From Sedimentisphaerales bacterium (GTDB taxonomy: Bacteria; Planctomycetota; Phycisphaerae; Sedimentisphaerales; SM23-30): a stretch of DNA of 64,000 bases. Positions 61,001-64,000 of the stretch are shown here, one piece after another. The position numbers and the translations under genes were made by a program. The DNA lies in assembly GCA_963666285.1 (NCBI GenBank), contig OY762711.1. One strand, given 5' to 3'. The notes beneath the pieces were generated by a model that was not told the DNA's origin, made no database searches, and saw nothing but the letters and a program-made list of their open reading frames with translations. Within the stretch, counting starts at the first letter, position 1, and every line of letters begins with the position of its first letter.

Positions 61001-63106
61001 ATGAGCGAATCCAACAAAGCTACATGTTTTGGTAGTAACGTATTTAACGATGCGGTTATGTCTGAAAGATTGCCTAAGGCAGTTTACAAGACTCTGAAAA
61101 AGACTATTCAGGCTGGTGACACTCTTGACGCTTCAATAGCTGATGTTGTAGCTAATGCTATGAAAGACTGGGCTGTTGAAAAAGGCGCTACTCATTATTG
61201 TCACTGGTTCCAGCCGATGACAGGCCTTACCGCTGAAAAGCACGATTCTTTTATCTCGGCTACTCCTTCAGGTGAATCTATCATGGAATTCAGCGGCAAA
61301 CAGCTGATCCAGGGTGAACCTGATGCGTCTTCTTTCCCTTCTGGCGGACTGCGTGCTACTTTTGAAGCTCGTGGTTACACTGCCTGGGATTGTACCTCTC
61401 CTGTATTTGTTAAAGAAGATGGCGATAACAAGACTCTTTATATCCCGTCTGCTTTCTGTTCTTATAAAGGTCATGCATTAGACAAGAAGACTCCTCTTCT
61501 GCGTTCTATGGATGCTCTAAATACTCAGGCTCTGCGTGTTCTTAGAGCTCTTGGTAATACTACTACTAACCGCGTTACTTCAACTCTCGGCCCTGAACAG
61601 GAATACTTCCTGGTTGACCGCAGCTTCGTTGAACAGCGTATGGACTTGATGCTGGCCGGTCGCACTTTGTTTGGTGCTCCTTCGCCACGTGGCCAGGAAC
61701 TGGATGACCATTACTTTGGTTCTCTGCATGAAAGAATTGCTTCTTATATGGCAGAACTGAACGAAGAGCTTTGGAAGCTTGGCGTAACTGCTACCACTCA
61801 GCATAACGAAGTGGCTCCTGCTCAGTATGAAGTAGCTCCTGTATTCAGTACAGTTAACGTTGCTACTGACCATAATCAGCTTTGTATGGAAACTCTGCAG
61901 AAGGTTGCTCTTCGTCATGATTTCGTTTGCCTGCTGCACGAAAAACCGTTCGCTGGTGTTAATGGTTCCGGTAAACACAATAACTGGTCTATGGGTACAG
62001 ATGATGGCATCAACCTGCTGGATCCGGGCTCAACTCCTGAATCTAACATGTTCTTCCTGGCTTCTCTGTTCGCTATTATCAAGGCTGTTGATTCTAACGC
62101 TAAACTGTTGCGTGCTACCGTTGCTACTACCGGTAACGAACACCGTCTTGGTGCCAACGAAGCTCCTCCTGCGATCGTTAGTATCTTCCTGGGCGACCAG
62201 TTGAACGAAATCTTCGAAACTATCGCCAAGGGTTCTATGGCCGGCTGCAGTGCTGAAGGCGGCAAGCTGGTTCTTGGTGCTACTACTCTTCCTGAACTTC
62301 CTAAAGATTGTACTGACCGTAACCGTACTTCTCCGTTTGCCTTCACTGGTAACCGTTTTGAGTTCCGTATGGTTGGTTCTACTCAGAGCTGTTCTGGTCC
62401 GATCTTTACTATCAATACTATTGTTGCTGATGCTCTGAAAGAAATTGCTGACGAGCTGGAAGCTGCTTCTGACGCTCCTAAGGCTCTTGAACAGATCATG
62501 ATCAAGATTGCTAAGGAACATGGTAAGGTTGTATTCAACGGCGATAACTATTCTGATGCATGGGTTGCAGAAGCTGCCAAACGCGGCCTGCCAAACATTC
62601 CTTCTACTGTTGATGCTCTGATGTGTCTGAAGGATAAAGATGTTGTTGATCTGTTCGCTAAAAACACTGTCTTAAAACCTGACGAACTTGAAGCTCGTCT
62701 GGAAATCCTGCTCGAAGCATATGCTACAACTATCAAGATCGAAGGTAAGACAGCTCTTAGCATGGCTAAACGTCAGATCCTTCCTGTTACTATGAAGTAT
62801 GCCGGCGACTTGGCTTCTACTCTGACTTGTGTCAAAGAAGCTGGCGGAAGCACTAAAGCTCAGGAAACTAAACTGAAAGCTGTTTGTGCTCTTAACGATT
62901 CTTTAGTAGATGCTATCGACAAGCTGGAAGCTGCTATTGCTAAGACTAATGAAGCCGAAGAAGCTGAAGAAGCTGCTAAGATTGCCAGCACTGAAATCCG
63001 TGATACTATGGGCGTTGTTCGTGAATCAGTTGACGCTCTGGAAATGCTGGTTGACGCTGAAATGTGGCCGCTTCCAACTTACGCTGAAATGCTTTTCATG
63101 CGTTAA
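61001..63106 (+). CDS. glnA: Glutamine synthetase type III
   Basis: [78 protein letters not shown]. Confidence 0.96.
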   Translation: MSESNKATCFGSNVFNDAVMSERLPKAVYKTLKKTIQAGDTLDASIADVVANAMKDWAVEKGATHYCHWFQPMTGLTAEKHDSFISATPSGESIMEFSGKQLIQGEPDASSFPSGGLRATFEARGYTAWDCTSPVFVKEDGDNKTLYIPSAFCSYKGHALDKKTPLLRSMDALNTQALRVLRALGNTTTNRVTSTLGPEQEYFLVDRSFVEQRMDLMLAGRTLFGAPSPRGQELDDHYFGSLHERIASYMAELNEELWKLGVTATTQHNEVAPAQYEVAPVFSTVNVATDHNQLCMETLQKVALRHDFVCLLHEKPFAGVNGSGKHNNWSMGTDDGINLLDPGSTPESNMFFLASLFAIIKAVDSNAKLLRATVATTGNEHRLGANEAPPAIVSIFLGDQLNEIFETIAKGSMAGCSAEGGKLVLGATTLPELPKDCTDRNRTSPFAFTGNRFEFRMVGSTQSCSGPIFTINTIVADALKEIADELEAASDAPKALEQIMIKIAKEHGKVVFNGDNYSDAWVAEAAKRGLPNIPSTVDALMCLKDKDVVDLFAKNTVLKPDELEARLEILLEAYATTIKIEGKTALSMAKRQILPVTMKYAGDLASTLTCVKEAGGSTKAQETKLKAVCALNDSLVDAIDKLEAAIAKTNEAEEAEEAAKIASTEIRDTMGVVRESVDALEMLVDAEMWPLPTYAEMLFMR

Positions 63107-63130
63107 TAGATATTTTAAGGTATTATTTAC

Positions 63131-63356
63131 AAGTAAATAGTGTAAGGCAAAGAGTGACATATTGCGGCAGCTAAAAAAATAGTATCGCCGAAAGGCGAAA
63201 CTGCAACTTTTCACTCTTAGTTCTTCACTCTTAACTTTTGATACGTATTAGGAATTATAGGTATTTGCTGAAAGAGTGGCGGTTTGCGTCAGCCTTTAAA
63301 ATAAGGTCGCTTGCGACACCTTCACTAATACCTGATACCTAGCTCCTAATACCTGA
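63131..63356. repeat. Heptamer arrays flanking hairpins (REP-like mosaic)
   Basis: ttttcac/tcttagt/tcttcac/tcttaac and actaata/cctgata/cctagct/cctaata units; tcgcc-gaaa-ggcga hairpin. Confidence 0.6.
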
Positions 63357-63380
63357 TTTTGTATAATATCCCCCTTCATT

Positions 63381-63415
63381 AGAGGGCCGTTCCTTGTGAT
63401 CGGCTCTCTTTTTTA
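63381..63415 (+). terminator. Intrinsic terminator
   Basis: agagggccg...cggctctct followed by T run. Confidence 0.65.
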
Positions 63416-63588
63416 TGCGCTGTCACATTTACACTCTACTTACGCTGACCGCTTTTCCCTTTTATTTGTCATGATTTTAATATAAAATCTCTTCTCTTGA
63501 TTATTAGATCAGGGCGGTTGCCCAGGCTGACCAGCAATCAGTTTGAGTTTTTACTTACATAATGATTTTGAAAAACAGGGGGCATGTT

Positions 63589-64000
63589 TTGAAAAAAAGT
63601 ATTTTTAATGTTGGTTCGTTACTGCTATTGTTCTTGTCTATATCTTTTCAGTGCAACCATCTCTTATCCAGTAACGTTGAATGTCAGTTGAAGGTCGATT
63701 CCCTAAAATGTGAATATCAGGTCAATCCGTTAGGGATTGATATCACAAATCCTCGCCTCAGCTGGACTATGCAATCTGATGCCCGATCACAGACCCAGTC
63801 CGCCTACCAGGTTATCGTTTCAACCAGTCTCGACTCTTTAACGGCTAGTAAAGCTGACCAGTGGAACAGCCGCAAAGTTCAATCGGGCAATTCCATCCAG
63901 GTTACTTATAGCGGTCCGGAACTTGCCCCTGAAACCCGTTATTATTGGCGCGTCCGTATCTGGGACCAGAACGATACACCCAGTGCCTGGAGCGAACCGG
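63589..64000 (+). CDS. Glycoside hydrolase family 78 (alpha-L-rhamnosidase-like), N-terminal part, runs off the window
   Basis: Translated by hand: signal peptide, LKCEYQVNPLGID..PRLSW..QSAYQVIV..ETRYYWRVRIWD. Confidence 0.82.
   Translation, partial: MKKSIFNVGSLLLLFLSISFQCNHLLSSNVECQLKVDSLKCEYQVNPLGIDITNPRLSWTMQSDARSQTQSAYQVIVSTSLDSLTASKADQWNSRKVQSGNSIQVTYSGPELAPETRYYWRVRIWDQNDTPSAWSEP

Overview
Moderately AT-rich bacterial chromosomal window. Gene content (prepilin-type [10 protein letters not shown] proteins, an ECF sigma factor with a long C-terminal extension, a sulfatase, PEP-CTERM and dockerin-like-tailed secreted proteins, GS type III, a squalene-hopene-cyclase-like gene) suggests a planctomycete, probably Phycisphaerae; this is inference. 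It carries housekeeping genes (pssA, galU, two tandem lpxA, pgi, rsmA, ruvA, ruvB, umuDC, serC, a TRAP transporter, bioG/C/D/A, fabF plus a catalytically degenerate paralog, and glnA type III with a sigma54 promoter). I recognised no rRNA, tRNA, CRISPR array, integrase or transposase. The main unexplained signal is a dense family of non-coding 182-224 bp MITE-like elements. There are 8 full copies and 1 right-end fragment, all intergenic and all in the same orientation. Each full copy has imperfect terminal inverted repeats and its own 5-6 bp target-site duplication, and the family shows covarying internal hairpins and modular variants. One copy appears to have split an ancestral ATGA overlap between bioD and bioA. 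A second repeat family (92 bp, hairpin-heptamer-hairpin, REP-like), a rhuM-family pseudogene apparently made by a microhomology deletion, a candidate sRNA and a Cys/acidic tandem-repeat ferritin-like protein are also present. All calls come from manual reading; no database searches were run.
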